A stretch of 51,927 nucleotides of DNA, counting the filler, from Squatina squatina (lineage: Eukaryota): the NCBI GenBank assembly GCA_031763465.1. It is 3 parts of 2 records of this genome, joined end to end, with 100 filler letters (N's around TTAATTAATTAA, not from the genome) between each part and the next. Parts side by side here need not be neighbours in the genome. Positions count along the whole stretch, not along the records: positions 1 to 18,843 come from JARFOE010000056.1; positions 18,944 to 32,213 come from JARFOE010000056.1; 1 more part is not named here. One strand, 5' to 3'. The translations under genes and the position numbers were made by a program. Below the pieces are notes generated by a model, which made no database searches, had not been told where the DNA came from, and saw only the letters and a list, made by a program, of their open reading frames with translations. Shown here one piece after another: positions 11,178 through 22,930 of the stretch. The stretch's first letter is position 1; every line of letters begins with the position of its first letter.

Positions 11178-12330
11178 NNNNNNNNNNNNNNNNNNNNNNN
11201 NNNNNNNNNNNNNNNNNNNNNNNNNNNNNNNNNNNNNNNNNNNNNNNNNNNNNNNNNNNNNNNNNNNNNNNNNNNNNNNNNNNNNNNNNNNNNNNNNNNN
11301 NNNNNNNNNNCCACTTTTTCTTTCTCTCTCTCTCTTTCTTTCCCTGTCTATGATTATTGATGCACTTGGGAGTCAAAATCAAGAAAATATTTGCAACATC
11401 AGACTACACAAGCGACCCATTCTAATGCTTTAGTGGAGTTCTGTTTGGCTGCAAGCCAATAAATATCTGCAGTGTGGTGGCCCTGGAAAATTGACGTGAT
11501 GGAAAATCCTGCCATGACTTGCTGCTGTGAAAATGGAAGACGTGATAAAGGGATGTTTATATCTCTGTGGATAATACTAAAATAACGTTAAGACTGAATT
11601 GCCATACTGAGTGAATTTTCCTAACTAAAGTCAACTCCACTTAAACACATAGCATACAAGTGAATATTTGTGTTAAGTGAATAGAATTCCCAAAGCATTT
11701 TGAATTAATACTTGTACTTACTATTTCAAATTGCACATTTAACTGCAGCTATTAACTCCTGCTAAGTGAACACTTTTATACTGAGAATACACATTTTGCC
11801 ATTTTAACAGCCTGAATTGAATGGACAATTCCTCTCTAATGGAGAAAGATTCTCTGTGCTATGGATAACAAAATCATAAGTACAGTCTTTATAAATGGGG
11901 TTACATTTCAGTACACATAGAATACAGAGGAACTCTTCTCCCAATGTGCCCAATTATATGTGCCCTATTACTTTTGTTAGTTCAACAACTGTCTCCATAA
12001 TCTGCAACAGTTAATGTTTCAGAAAAACTTCTATTGGAATTTGTATCTAAGAAAGTGACCAGAAGAAAATGCTCACTGTGAATTTTCGATAAATGGTTAC
12101 TCCTAATCAAGCAATTAATGACTTAACAAGGGTTAGTTGTATTCATTTTCAAATTGCTACAGTAGGTCTTGGAGCTTATTAGGAAAAAATGCTCCTTTAA
12201 TCCTTATTTTTTTCCAGACCTGAAGTCGAATGTTTTCTGTGACGTCACAGTCACACAGATAGCAGGATATGGTTCCACAGTTCAGGAATAACTGTGATCC
12301 AACGACTGAGTCAGAAACTCTGACTGTGTT

Positions 12331-12414
12331 AGCTGTGGCTCAGTGGGTAGCACACTCACCTCAGAGTCAGAAGGTTGTGGGTTCAAGTCCCCCCTCCCAG
12401 GGACTTGAGCACAA
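12331..12414 (+). mobile_element. Deu-SINE tRNA-derived head
   Basis: A box TGGCTCAGTGG and B box GGTTCAAGTCC (12380-12390). Aligns to 51074 onward and is cut by a gap. Confidence 0.8.
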
Positions 12415-12877
12415 NNNNNNNNNNNNNNNNNNNNNNNNNNNNNNNNNNNNNNNNNNNNNNNNNNNNNNNNNNNNNNNNNNNNNNNNNNNNNNNNNNNNNN
12501 NNNNNNNNNNNNNNTAAATCTTTGGCACGGTCACGAACCAGGCGGTGGTTGAGATAAGAATGTTGGCCAAGACACTGGGAGAACTCTTTCCCTTGAATAG
12601 GATCTTCTACATGCACCTGAACAGCTGGGGGGGGGGGCGCTTCGGTTTGGCACCTCATGTGCAAGGCAGCAGCTCCAACACAACAATAAAATGTCAGCCC
12701 AGATTACACGGAGTGGGGACTCAAATCCCTGACATTCTGACTCAAAGCTGAGCTGAAACACCGAACAGGGCAAGACGGTTTCCAAATCAGAGCCAGCCCA
12801 CCTGCGTTCCAACGATGGATCAGCTTGCAGCAGCGAGAAGTTAATTCCCACTCAACTCAATGGTTCATTTCCTGCAT

Positions 12878-12981
12878 CACAACAGTGACAACAATCCAAA
12901 AGTACTTCACTGGGTGTAAAGCACTTTCAGACGTGCAGTGATTGTGAAAGGTGCTATATAAATGCAAGTCTTCTTTCTTTC
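12878..12981 (+). mobile_element. Deu-SINE 3' part
   Basis: ACAACAGTGAC...AAAAGTACTTCA...GTGAAAGGTGCTATATAAATGCAAGTCTT. Confidence 0.75.
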
Positions 12982-15299
12982 ATTCCTACTCAACGGTTGA
13001 TGGCTCAACACAGACCCTGTGGCGTGGTCACGAGTAGACCTTTTTTTTTCGGTTGGGAGACAGGTCTCAGGAGGTCTATATAAAGCTGCTTTCTGGATTG
13101 GAAAAAATAGGAACATCTCCCAGCAGTAACAGTTGTGTTAATCTTTTTTAAAAAAGATTTCCTGTCCAGAAATCTACTTTAATCTGATGCTTCGTACACT
13201 TGCTTTACGGACTACCGTTGGAAAACTGCTTTTAATATTTGTCTTCAGTTGTCAAACATCCTGACGACTCCCCCCTTTGTACGCTGTCTAATAACAAACT
13301 TGTATTTACAGCTTAAAGCTTGAGNNNNNNNNNNTGTAATTAGCAAAAATTAAGTTGCTGAAAATGATCCATAAAATGTGCAAATGGGCTTTTTTTTAAA
13401 TTACTTGCTGTTTAAAATGGTATCTCCTGGTATCTGTCTCTACTCCATGCTCTACAAATAAAGTTCGCATTTGTTTCCACAATTGATTTGTGGGAGCCAG
13501 AGTCACATGGCCAGTTGCTTTCATGTGCCCAGCTGAAAAGGTTCATTTGCCAAGGAGTCTGATACCCTTGGATGAACTGTGCCCATAGCATCTGGGCATG
13601 CTGGCATCTGGCAGCTTGCTTGAGATCTGGGGGCGATGCAATATGGCACAAAGCTTACTCATCACTGGGATTAGATAATGGTGAGATTACTGGCTTCAGC
13701 AGATAATTATAGAGCATCTGCAAAAATCTTTANNNNNNNNNNNNNNNNNNNNNNNNNNNNNNNNNNNNNNNNNNNNNNNNNNNNNNNNNNNNNNNNNNNN
13801 NNNNNNNNNNNNNNNNNNNNNNNNNNNNNNNNAAAGATTCCTTGGTTTTTCCGTCCAAAAATGTTCATTTTTTTTTTCAATGAAGTAGCTAACACCACCA
13901 TATAAAATGGGCCTTTCATGGTTTTTTAACTGGTTTTAGCATGTGATCATTTGACTAACTAGATATTTTGACCTAACTTTTCTCCGCTTGAGTGAGCCCC
14001 TGAAGTAGTAGCTTATTAAAAGCAGTTGAGATGTTCAAAGCGGGACCATTAAAGATGGCGCTTCAAGTGTGAAGTGAGACCAAGGGAACCCAATTTTGTC
14101 TCATTTCATAAGCTTTTGTCTCTCTGATGGGAAAACCTTCTCCACCTCTGTCTCAAAATCAGTGTCTGCATTTTAATCTGTTGCAGCAATTAATAACTTG
14201 TTGCATCCTTAATGTTAAGCACTGTGATTAGATGTTCAAGTTGGGCTTTGCCCTGTTGATGACAAACAACAATATAGCCGGTAATCTTTTTAAAATGTTG
14301 CTTTCAAAGTGGAAGTTTATTGTTTTTGTCTTCATACTTCTCTGAATCTTACCACGGAAAATTCTCTATTTAAATCAATGTAATGTCGCCTTTTTAAAAT
14401 CAATCTTAATATGTTGACATCCAGTAGTATTGCGGAAGCTAGCTACCATTTCTATTTGATGTAGAGAGAACACTGCATCATTAGATTATTAGAATTGAAA
14501 TGTTAATTGTTGCTGCAATAGATATCTATGTGACAGCTGGAGGATTTTTGCTTCCTAATCTGGAAAGATTCCCAAGGTTATAGCTNNNNNNNNNNNNNNN
14601 NNNNNNNNNNNNNNNNNNNNNNNNNNNNNNNNNNNNNNNNNNNNNNNNNNNNNNNNNNNNNNNNNNNNNNNNNNNNNNNNNNNNNNNNNNNNNNNNNNNN
14701 NNNNNNNNNNNNNNNNNNNNNNNNNNNNNNNNNNNNNNNNNNNNNNNNNNNNNNNNNNNNNNNNNNNNNNNNNNNNNNNNNNNNNNNNNNNNNNNNNNNN
14801 NNNNNNNNNNNNNNNNNNNNNNNNNNNNNNNNNNNNNNNNNNNNNNNNNNNNNNNNNNNNNNNNNNNNNNNNNNNNNNNNNNNNNNNNNNNNNNNNNNNN
14901 NNNNNNNNNNNNNNNNNNNNNNNNNNNNNNNNNNNNNNNNNNNNNNNNNNNNNNNNNNNNNNNNNNNNNNNNNNNNNNNNNNNNNNNNNNNNNNNNNNNN
15001 NNNNNNNNNNNNNNNNNNNNNNNNNNNNNNNNNNNNNNNNNNNNNNNNNNNNNNNNNNNNNNNNNNNNNNNNNNNNNNNNNNNNNNNNNNNNNNNNNNNN
15101 NNNNNNNNNNNNNNNNNNNNNNNNNNNNNNNNNNNNNNNNNNNNNNNNNNNNNNNNNNNNNNNNNNNNNNNNNNNNNNNNNNNNNNNNNNNNNNNNNNNN
15201 NNNNNNNNNNNNNNNNNNNNNNNNNNNNNNNNNNNNNNNNNNNNNNNNNNNNNNNNNNNNNNNNNNNNNNNNNNNNNNNNAACCTAAAAGTAATGGAAA

Positions 15300-15720
15300 A
15301 GGTGCGGTGTAGATTCACTAAAATGTTACCGTGGTTGGAGGTTTACAGTTATGAAGAGAGACTTGAAGTTAGGGATTTTGTTCCACTAGAGCTAAGTTAT
15401 TTTGATGGGTTGGAGTTCTTGAAGGTTATAATCTAAATTGTGATGGCTTGTTTCCACTGGTTGGTGAGACGGTAATAAGAGGGGAAGAATATCAGATAAT
15501 TAAAGCGGTGCTTAAAAAAAATTCTCTACAGCGTTGTTAGAATGTATAATTCTCTGCCACAAACCATTATTGAATCAGTGTCCTTGGGGGATTACATAGT
15601 TGCTTGAAAAAGGAATATTAAAGGCTCAGGCGGTTGAGTAAGTGGAATTAGACTACGTGGTTCATGGAATAAAGCACCAAGATGCACTTGATGGGCCAAA
15701 TGGTATGTTTCTGTGCCTTT
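15300..15720 (+). mobile_element. Highly degraded CR1 LINE 3' region
   Basis: Remnants such as TTCACTAAAATGTTACC, AGTTATGAAGAGAGACT, TATAATTCTCTGCCACA and GATGGGCCAAATGG lie in CR1 order. Confidence 0.6.
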
Positions 15721-16865
15721 TTGAAAAATTTTAATTCTGGTTATTCATGATGTAGTCAGAAGGAGAATGCATTTTTTATGGCAGAAATGGTATTTGTTTT
15801 GTGAAACCAAGCTAAATGATTGGATAAATTGCATTTGCACAGTAGAATTTTTTTTTAATGTGGAAAATTTGAAGTAATTTTATTGGCCTTTTTAGTGGGA
15901 TGAGTGCTTGGTTTGGGGTTAAAATCAGAACTTTGGGTTTGAACATTGATTGGGTTTTGCACTCATTGATTTGGGAGAATGTTTGTTTGCTGGGAGACCC
16001 CATTTCTGCTAATCCTATGTACGGTGATGTGTTGATTTTAATTAGTGTGTTCCGTCCCAGTGCATACAGACAGCTGCAAATGCTAATCTTCAATATANNN
16101 NNNNNNNNNNNNNNNNNNNNNNNNNNNNNNNNNNNNNNNNNNNNNNNNNNNNNNNNNNNNNNNNNNNNNNNNNNNNNNNNNNNNNNNNNNNNNNNNNCCC
16201 CCGGCAGGACGAAAAGAAAGTTCATTGGTGAAACTAGTTTGTTGCAGAAACAGATATTCTGACCCATGCAGGACATTGGAGACTTCATTTTAGCTTTGCA
16301 TAATTTTACTTTTTTTGAAGTAAGGCATGTAAATGTTAAATATTGGGAATATTATGGAGTGTTTATTCAGTGATTTTCATCTGTTTTAGACTTTATTTTA
16401 TAAAAAAAAAAAATCTGGATTTCTCTACCAAAAATGAGAACACTCTTAATCATGGGGATGGTGAGCGACAGTGCAATTTCTAGGATTTCTGTACAACGCA
16501 TTATAAGTGCTAAGTTCTTGGTCAAGCTCACTCGGTTTTTAAAAGCTGAATGTCAACTATCAATCAGTCTGAGTAACACGATGCATCTTGTCTTTCAGAC
16601 TTTCTCCGTGGCTTCCTGGCACCAAGGGATGCAAGAGAAAAAACTGAACAGTTGTTGCTAAGCTACTGCTCCAGTAATATGCACATTCTTACGATGCCTT
16701 TATCTGGGGAAGTTGGACTCTGCTGATGTTTGTGTCGCTGCCAAGAGAGTTAAAAACAAATTTGAAATGTGCAGGCTCCCATTAGCCGGACTGCTGTTAC
16801 CAGCTTCTGGGTGTGGATCTTTCAAAACTTCAGCTAGAACCTTTTTTCCATTTCGAAGTGCAAAA

Positions 16866-16980
16866 ATGACTAATAACGCAGCAGGCCACCATCCAGGCAA
16901 CTCTGTTGCAGAGGGCAACCATGAGGGTGAATTTGGCTGCACCGTTGCAGATCTGCGTGGCCTTATGGAACTGCGATCTG
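16866..16980 (+). CDS. ATP2B4: Plasma membrane Ca2+-ATPase 4, first coding exon (3' part lost in gap)
   Basis: MTNNAAGHHPGNSVAEGNHEGEFGCTVADLRGLMELRS is the PMCA N-terminus and closest to recalled PMCA4 (MTN...NS.AE..EGDFGCT...LR.LMELRS). A probable acceptor TCTTGTCTTTCAG ends at 16598, giving a 5' UTR portion. Confidence 0.85.
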
Positions 16981-17608
16981 NNNNNNNNNNNNNNNNNNNN
17001 NNNNNNNNNNNNNNNNNNNNNNNNNNNNNNNNNNNNNNNNNNNNNNNNNNNNNNNNNNNNNNNNNNNNNNNNNNNNNNNNTTATTATGTTAAAGGTATTA
17101 TATAAATATATGGGTGAGAATGATCTCACAGCTCAATGAATGGAAAACGCATTAGATCCTACTGGAAGCTTTCCTCAGGATACAACCAAAGCAAGAAAGT
17201 ATCAATATTGCTTGGATGGTGGTGCAGTCATCAGATCATTCAAACACGGTCATTCAAACACGGCTGAAGACTGTCTCGCACACTGCCCTCAAGATGACTA
17301 TCATGGAGACAGGCAAACACACTTTTTCTCACTTCCCCTGCAGAAGGTATTAACACCTTGCTCATGTACAGCTCCAACGACACCCTTCGGTACTGACACC
17401 CAAGCAGTCAGTATTCATGTTCAAACACTAAAGCAAAAGTCGGTGGATTATTCGACTATGTGTGTCATCATAGCCAAGCTCAATTCTATCCCTCCTGTCA
17501 TCTACATAAATGCACTTCTAGCCAGGGTAACTGGATAACAACCAGGTATAATGAGGCCAAATGGAGATTCATTATCACTGTCCTAAATGAGTATTGAACA
17601 GGGATTAA

Positions 17609-17947
<339 letters not shown>

Positions 17948-18034
17948 TAATTTAAGGATAATCAAAGCACAGATTACAAGCATAGTGAATTCCTCTTGAG
18001 ACTCAAGTGGGTGTTAGGCTGGTTTGCAACCCTT

Positions 18035-18528
18035 GGGGTTAATTTTAACTCCCAGTGAGAAGCCAGCAGGAGTCTTCTGTCGCCCAGCAGATTGTAACTT
18101 CGAATGCTGCCAGTCAGCTGCTCGCCCGCTGAGGGGAGAAGGGAAACTAAGGCTGCTGACTGCAAGATGAGCCCGGGATGGGGAGAGAGGATCTCGTGGC
18201 TGGAGAGGGAGGGAGCCTGGTGTAGCAGAGGCCCAGACTTTGTGTGGGGCTCGGAGCGCTGCAGCACCCAGTGAGTTTTTAAACTTGCCTTGGAGGTCCT
18301 TGCTGGCTTCTTGACTTTTTTTTAACCTGGTGAGGCAGCCAGAGCGGGCGCCTCACTGAGGGTTAAAATGTCATAGGATCCCAATAGGACCCCAAATTGC
18401 ATTTATTAATGAGGCATCCAACAGGAATCCTCCTTCACTGTTAAAATGGGAAGTCAGTATAAATGGAGCTGCTCCATTTTATTTGCTGTCTTGCTTCTTA
18501 GTCACATCAGGGAGAGGTAAAATACCCC
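18035..18528. mobile_element. MITE-like element with imperfect terminal inverted repeats
   Basis: Left end GGGGTTAATTTTAACTCCC versus reverse-complemented right end GGGGTATTTTACCTCTCCC. GC-rich interior. Confidence 0.55.
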
Positions 18529-18843
18529 CATGTGTGCCTTTTTATAATTTAGTCTGACTGAACTTGTTTGAGGGAGTAGCAGAAGGAACAAACCAATCAC
18601 ATTCCAGACCTTTTTATCTTGTCACTCAACTCCCTAACAGATGGGAGTTAAAAGGAATGTAGTGTGTGTCTAATATATTCAGTTCCTTTGCTCCTGTTGC
18701 TGAATTTATGCTTCCTGTGTTAGACTAAAGGATTGCACTGTTTCCTTGTTCTGAGGGATTTTGCATCTCTGAAGGCCCACTTGCATTTTTTATTTTGCTA
18801 TTTGCCACACATTGAGTTGGATGATCTATACCAGCACAACATC

Positions 18844-18943
18844 NNNNNNNNNNNNNNNNNNNNNNNNNNNNNNNNNNNNNNNNNNNNTTAATTAATTAAN
18901 NNNNNNNNNNNNNNNNNNNNNNNNNNNNNNNNNNNNNNNNNNN
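18844..18943. other. Artificial scaffold-joining linker
   Basis: 44 N + TTAATTAATTAA (18888-18899, stops in all six frames) + 44 N = 100 bp. An identical construct is at 32214-32313. Confidence 0.95.
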
Positions 18944-19016
18944 CCTACTGCACTGGCTGAACCTCACAAGAGGGATAAAAATTGGACACCTAAATGTAGT
19001 GATGTGAGTACTATAC

Positions 19017-19107
19017 CTGCTTTCAAAAAGGTTAATGGCACAAAGATCTCCCTGCAGGACCTCGGGAAGACCAGAAGGTGGCACAACCACGCCAGGCAAC
19101 ATAAGAT
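19017..19107 (-). CDS. EIF2D: eIF2D (ligatin) internal exon, PUA domain (91 bp)
   Basis: TTTTGCTGTTGCAG| ... AG|GTATAG. DLMLPGVVVPPSGLPEVLQGDLCAINLFESR compares with recalled human DLMLPGLVMPPAGLPQVQKGDLCAISLVGNR. Orientation is opposite to DYRK3, as in tetrapods. Confidence 0.9.
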
Positions 19108-19429
19108 CTGCAACAGCAAAATAACTCAGACTTATAGCATAATGAATCCAAATGTTCAAGTAGCAGATCATTTTTTTCATTACAGACCATTTTGCTGTAT
19201 TTAATCTACAACTTATAATATTAATCATATTATAATCAACATGTAGAAAACTTTAATTACACGAGCAATAGAATAACAGATACCAAGGATTCAGCTATGT
19301 AGACTGACGTGTAGAGGAACTGGTTTTAATAATTTATTTTAAAGATTAAAAAGTAGCACTATTTTTTGTGAAGATTATAACTAAAGTGCCGGTGAGTCTT
19401 TTAAAAAGCGCGGGGTTTTTCTTTTGCAG

Positions 19430-19805
19430 GCTAGCCCCTCTCACAAACCAGCGGCAGCGTTCCAGAGGCGCGACTCGATTCAAAAAGTGACGTGGGCAAG
19501 AGGAAGCAGCTGATTGCGTGAGTACGGTCAGGTGAGTACTTATACCACTCTATAGCTTAACAGTTAAGGTTTATAGTTTATAAAGTCTTTACTTTGTGGT
19601 TTATAGTTCGTACGGTCTATATTGTGCTATATTTTGATTGTGTGGGGGAGTGTGGAGAGTAAAATAAGGCCCTAGTGTAATTAATAGGCTTTAATTTAAT
19701 TTAAAATACTTAAAGGGTAATTCGTGGCAGGACAGCCCAGACCCATGGCATGCTCCTCCTGTGCTATGTGGGAAATTAGGGATACTTCCAGCATCCCTGA
19801 TGACC
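19430..19805 (+). mobile_element. 5' end of a CR1-type LINE: 5' UTR and ORF1 N-terminus
   Basis: 19724 onward reads (M/V)AGQPRPMACSSCAMWEIRDTSSIPDD, resembling the CxxC zinc-finger start of CR1 ORF1. Preceded by a CpG-containing leader and a T-rich tract. Confidence 0.65.
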
Positions 19806-20280
19806 NNNNNNNNNNNNNNNNNNNNNNNNNNNNNNNNNNNNNNNNNNNNNNNNNNNNNNNNNNNNNNNNNNNNNNNNNNNNNNNNNNNNNNNNNNNNNNN
19901 NNNNNTTTAAGTCCTTTACAATTCGAATCGGGCAGCCGACGGTTCTCTGCATATAACCAAAGCAGGAGTGACCGGGCTGCCAGCATCGCACAGCAAGACT
20001 CCAGGTTGGGGAGCAACCAGAGTGTGCGACCTACAGTTGCTGATTGCAACTAAAATTAATTTAACCGCCCCTATTCAAATCTGAAATTAGAACAGAAGGT
20101 GCTGTGGAGGCAAACCTCTGGTCAAACAAACAAACTGGCATTGTCTACATGCGAGGGACACGGGCACATTCAAATCAAATTGCTCTGAATTGGGCCAAAC
20201 TAAGATCTTTGAGAGAAACAAATCTGCATGGAATGATTGTACCAAATATCCTGACATCACACAGAGTAGCAGAGTGAATT

Positions 20281-20377
20281 ACAGCAGTGACTACACTTCA
20301 AAAGTACTTCATTGGCTGTATATGCTTTGGGAAGCCTTGAGGTTGTGAATGGCGCTATATAAATGCAAGTCTTTCTT
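20281..20377 (+). mobile_element. Deu-SINE 3' part
   Basis: CAGTGACTACACTTCAAAAGTACTTCATTGGCTGTA...GCGCTATATAAATGCAAGTCTTTC. Confidence 0.75.
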
Positions 20378-20800
20378 AATACTGATGGGGCCATGCAATC
20401 AGATTCATCAAGCTCGTATATGGGCACATTTTTGTAATTTTACAATCAAAAATCATTGTGGTGTGCTAAAGTTCATTCAAAAAATTGTCAAATTGTCTTT
20501 GTTTGCTTCTAGTATATCTTTCTCTTTCGCTCGAGTACAGCTCCATGATTGCTGGTTGCTCTTTGGTACATTTCCCAAGTGAGCACTATTCATGTGTGAT
20601 CCTTGATAGTGAGGTGTGGGCAGGCTATTCAGCATCGCAGCCAATCCTGATCCTGTCCTAGCCCAGTCACCACACAAGCACTTCCGTTACAGCAGTGTTG
20701 TTCAATACGTTAGCCACAAGCCACACGTGGCGAATTGGAAATCCAGATGTGGCTAATTGCATTTATGATTAATAAATAAAAAGTGAGTAGTAGGCACCAT

Positions 20801-20932
20801 CAATGCTCCTGTTTAGCTGCACGGCCACGCAAGCTCCCGCGCAGACCACTCGCTGGTTTCTCAATGGATAAACTGTACATGCACGGAAGTTTGAATGGGC
20901 CGCATACCCAAAAATAATTAGAGGGAACATTA
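20801..20932. mobile_element. hAT-superfamily MITE with 8-bp target site duplication
   Basis: Left CAATGCTCCTGTTTA versus reverse-complemented right TAATGTTCCCTCTAA. Flanked by GGCACCAT (20793-20800) and GACACCAT (20933-20940). Confidence 0.7.
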
Positions 20933-21346
20933 GACACCATCATTGAGCATGTGACATCAATAGTCATATTTGCATGTTATATGCAGCTGAACTTTAACCT
21001 TTTTGTGTTGCTGTTGGTCAAATGGTTTTACGAAAAGCAAAGTGTTTTTTGATCGTTGTGAGTGCTTTACTTCCTTGGTTTCTGGATGGCGATAGACGCT
21101 TGTTCATTACCATACAGATGTGTGAGATAAATTTCACTGTATTGTGTGTGTGTGCTTTCTACTAAAATTAGTGCATGTGGCCAAAACGGTGTTGACATAG
21201 CAACATCAATGGCTTGTAAGCCTCTTCTATTGGACGACACTGCTTTAAAAGGTGCGAATCAAAAGGATTTGTTACTGTGCTGTTTTACCACTAATACTTG
21301 CAGTATGTTTAGACAAACTGAGCATTTTCTTTTGTACAAATTTTAG

Positions 21347-22930
21347 ATTGGCAAGAGCACAATGAAGGACAATCTCTCAGCTGCATGTCGGACTCAGGTC
21401 AAGGTGCAACATCTATTTGAAGATGCCGGAAACAGGCGGAATAACATAACTTCACACCCCACCACCAGTGCGCCTCGAACCTGTAGAACAGTGCTACCTT
21501 CACTTAAAGACAAGAGCCTGGATGGTACAGCCTCGTCTAAATCGGATGGCATTTTGATGAAGTCGAAAGCTGCTATATCCCCTGCCCAAGCCATGAAGAT
21601 GCACATGCATCAGTTGTCTTCCTTTGAGCATCAGGAAATCTTCAACTACCCTGAAATTTACTTCATGGGTTTAAATGCAAAAAAGCGGCAAGGCGTAGTA
21701 GGTGGATCCAACAACTGTGGTTATGACGATGAACAAGCAACCTACATACTTCTGCCTCACGACCATATAGCATATAGGTACGAGGTACTTAAAGTTATTG
21801 GGAAGGGAAGCTTTGGGCAGGTGGCTAAGGTGTATGACCACAAAATGCGGCAGCACCTGGCATTAAAGATGGTGCGAAACGAGAAACGGTTCCACCGTCA
21901 GGCCATAGAGGAGATCCGTATCCTGGAGCACTTGAGAAAGCAAGACAAGAACTTTCAGATGAACATCATCCACATGCTGGAGAATTTCACATTCCGCAGC
22001 CACACCTGCATGACCTTTGAACTGCTGAGTATGAACCTGTACGAACTGATCAAAAGGAACAAGTTCCAGGGGTTCAGTCTTCAGTTGGTGCGGAAGTTTG
22101 CCCATTCCATCCTACAGTGCCTGGAAGCATTGCAAAAAAATCGGATCATTCATTGCGATTTGAAGCCAGAAAATATTTTACTGAAGCAGCAAGGCCGTAG
22201 TGGTATCAAAGTAATTGATTTCGGGTCCAGCTGCTACGAGCACCAGCGCGTCTTCACGTACATCCAGTCACGGTTTTATCGAGCTCCGGAGGTTATCCTT
22301 GGTTCGCGTTACGGGATGCCCATTGACATGTGGAGCTTTGGTTGTATTCTTGCTGAACTATNNNNNNNNNNNNNNNNNNNNNNNNNNNNNNNNNNNNNNN
22401 NNNNNNNNNNNNNNNNNNNNNNNNNNNNNNNNNNNNNNNNNNNNNNNNNNNNNNNNNNNNNNNNNNNNNNNNNNNNNNNNNNNNNNNNNNNNNNNNNNNN
22501 NNNNNNNNNNNNNNNNNNNNCACTCCCAGATAACACCGTGGTTTTGAATGGTGGGCGTTCTAGAAGAGGTAAGGTGCGAGGGCCACCTGGTAGCAAGAAC
22601 TGGGTGACCGCCTTGAAGGGTTGCGATGACCCACTCTTCACCAGCTTCCTAAAGAGATGTCTGGATTGGGAGCCATCTAGTCGCATAACACCTACCCAGG
22701 CTTTGAGACATTCATGGCTATCTAGACGCTCAGTCAAACCACCCGCTGTGGAGAAGACCACGCAGGTTAAATGTGCGCCAGATAGTAATAGTTCCTTGCC
22801 TGGAATTGTTACTAAGTTGCCCTCAACTATTGGCACAACTAACAAACTAAGGACCAATTTGGTGCAAATGGCTGATTCAAATGGAAATAATATACCTCTA
22901 CGTACTGTGCTTCCAAAATTAGTTAGCTAA
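21347..22930 (+). CDS. DYRK3: Class II DYRK kinase, large final coding exon; DYRK3 by synteny
   Basis: Acceptor TTTTAG ends at 21346. DH box [12 protein letters not shown], then [31 protein letters not shown]. Ends VLPKLVS*. Lies between EIF2D and MAPKAPK2. In-frame gap at 22362-22520. Confidence 0.9.
   Translation: MGKSTMKDNLSAACRTQVKVQHLFEDAGNRRNNITSHPTTSAPRTCRTVLPSLKDKSLDGTASSKSDGILMKSKAAISPAQAMKMHMHQLSSFEHQEIFNYPEIYFMGLNAKKRQGVVGGSNNCGYDDEQATYILLPHDHIAYRYEVLKVIGKGSFGQVAKVYDHKMRQHLALKMVRNEKRFHRQAIEEIRILEHLRKQDKNFQMNIIHMLENFTFRSHTCMTFELLSMNLYELIKRNKFQGFSLQLVRKFAHSILQCLEALQKNRIIHCDLKPENILLKQQGRSGIKVIDFGSSCYEHQRVFTYIQSRFYRAPEVILGSRYGMPIDMWSFGCILAELXXXXXXXXXXXXXXXXXXXXXXXXXXXXXXXXXXXXXXXXXXXXXXXXXXXXXXLPDNTVVLNGGRSRRGKVRGPPGSKNWVTALKGCDDPLFTSFLKRCLDWEPSSRITPTQALRHSWLSRRSVKPPAVEKTTQVKCAPDSNSSLPGIVTKLPSTIGTTNKLRTNLVQMADSNGNNIPLRTVLPKLVS

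Noticed and set aside
12331-12414. tRNA gene
   Set aside because: A and B boxes continue directly into SINE body sequence shared with 51074 onward; it is a SINE head.
14578-15318. Long ORFs in the track here and at 30293-31288
   Set aside because: Almost entirely N-runs translated as X; not coding evidence.
16713-16865. N-terminal extension of ATP2B4 suggested by the ORF track
   Set aside because: The track starts at TTG. Homology begins at the ATG at 16866, so upstream sequence is most simply 5' UTR, although an in-frame upstream ATG at 16767 is not formally excluded.
17140-17538. 132-aa ORF inside the ATP2B4 intron
   Set aside because: No recognisable motif or splice support; within chance expectation.
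18888-18899. TTAATTAATTAA as a piggyBac TTAA site, PacI site or homeobox element
   Set aside because: It sits symmetrically inside N-runs and recurs identically at 32258; it is an assembly linker.
22309-22857. Antisense ORFs over DYRK3
   Set aside because: Shadows of the coding strand, partly inflated by the N gap.
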